Positions 63,788 to 64,000 of a DNA stretch of 64,000 nucleotides are shown in pieces. The first letter of the stretch is position 1, and every line of letters begins with the position of its first letter. Where the stretch lies: NCBI GenBank assembly GCA_963719495.1, contig CAVRCI010000001.1, forward strand, positions 64,001-128,000. Reading direction: 5' to 3'. Both the position numbers and the translations under genes were made by a program. The DNA comes from an uncultured Verrucomicrobiae bacterium (GTDB taxonomy: Bacteria; Verrucomicrobiota; Verrucomicrobiia; Chthoniobacterales; JAATET01). The notes under the pieces are model-generated. The model was not told the origin of the DNA and did no database searches. It saw only the letters and a list, made by a program, of their open reading frames with translations.

Positions 63788-64000
63788 TCATTTCCCTTCC
63801 CCACCCCCCGCGACGGGCAGCACCACCCGATCGTCGAAACACCCCAACATCCGCGCCCCCATGTAAGGATTCTCGATCTCCCCCGCCGCCTGCAGCCACA
63901 CCGCCCCGCCCTGATCTTCGGTGAACATCGGACAATGCATCGCGAGCAAATTCCCCTCGAACCCCTCCGGCACCCCGGTCGCGGTCACCAGCTTCCGCAG
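63788..64000 (-). CDS. 3' end of probable CusB-type periplasmic adaptor (DUF3347-like C-terminus), truncated by window edge
   Basis: HCPM...GAVWLQ...ENPYMGARMLGC; directly upstream of cusA. Confidence 0.75.
   Translation of the reverse strand: MRKLVTATGVPEGFEGNLLAMHCPMFTEDQGGAVWLQAAGEIENPYMGARMLGCFDDRVVLPVAGGGEGK

Overview
High-GC bacterial chromosomal segment. A Verrucomicrobiota-like origin is inferred from gene content, scarce Shine-Dalgarno sites and a delta-60/RCC1 surface protein; it was not tested. Most of the window is housekeeping: M16 peptidase, yebC-rho, GH57, rfaD, aat, guaA, coaD-yceD-rpmF-plsX-fabH, DinG, LptF/G, dusB, infC (ATT start, missed by the ORF track), hslO, sdhCAB, DUF1800/DUF1501, a GT4-GH130-GT4 cluster, dnaE, RNase P RNA and cusA/cusB. 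Accessory parts are a ~2500-aa surface protein operon with a twice-frameshifted TPR gene and a small nucleotidyltransferase two-gene module after guaA. I saw no CRISPR array, rRNA, tRNA, integrase or transposase. The most interesting signals are intergenic. (1) Cassettes bounded by inverted 7-bp tandem-repeat arms sit between a stop codon and the next start codon inside operons; they carry a four-helix-bundle gene remnant (sdhA/sdhB), a REP cluster or a bare hairpin. (2) Modular REP-like elements nearly all lie on one strand. (3) A recurring TAnnnT-N6-GTG/TTG pattern implies leaderless mRNAs. (4) A candidate RAP-ending leader peptide precedes yebC. (5) A perfect 40-bp palindrome lies upstream of dnaE. 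All family assignments come from motif recognition by eye, not from database searches.
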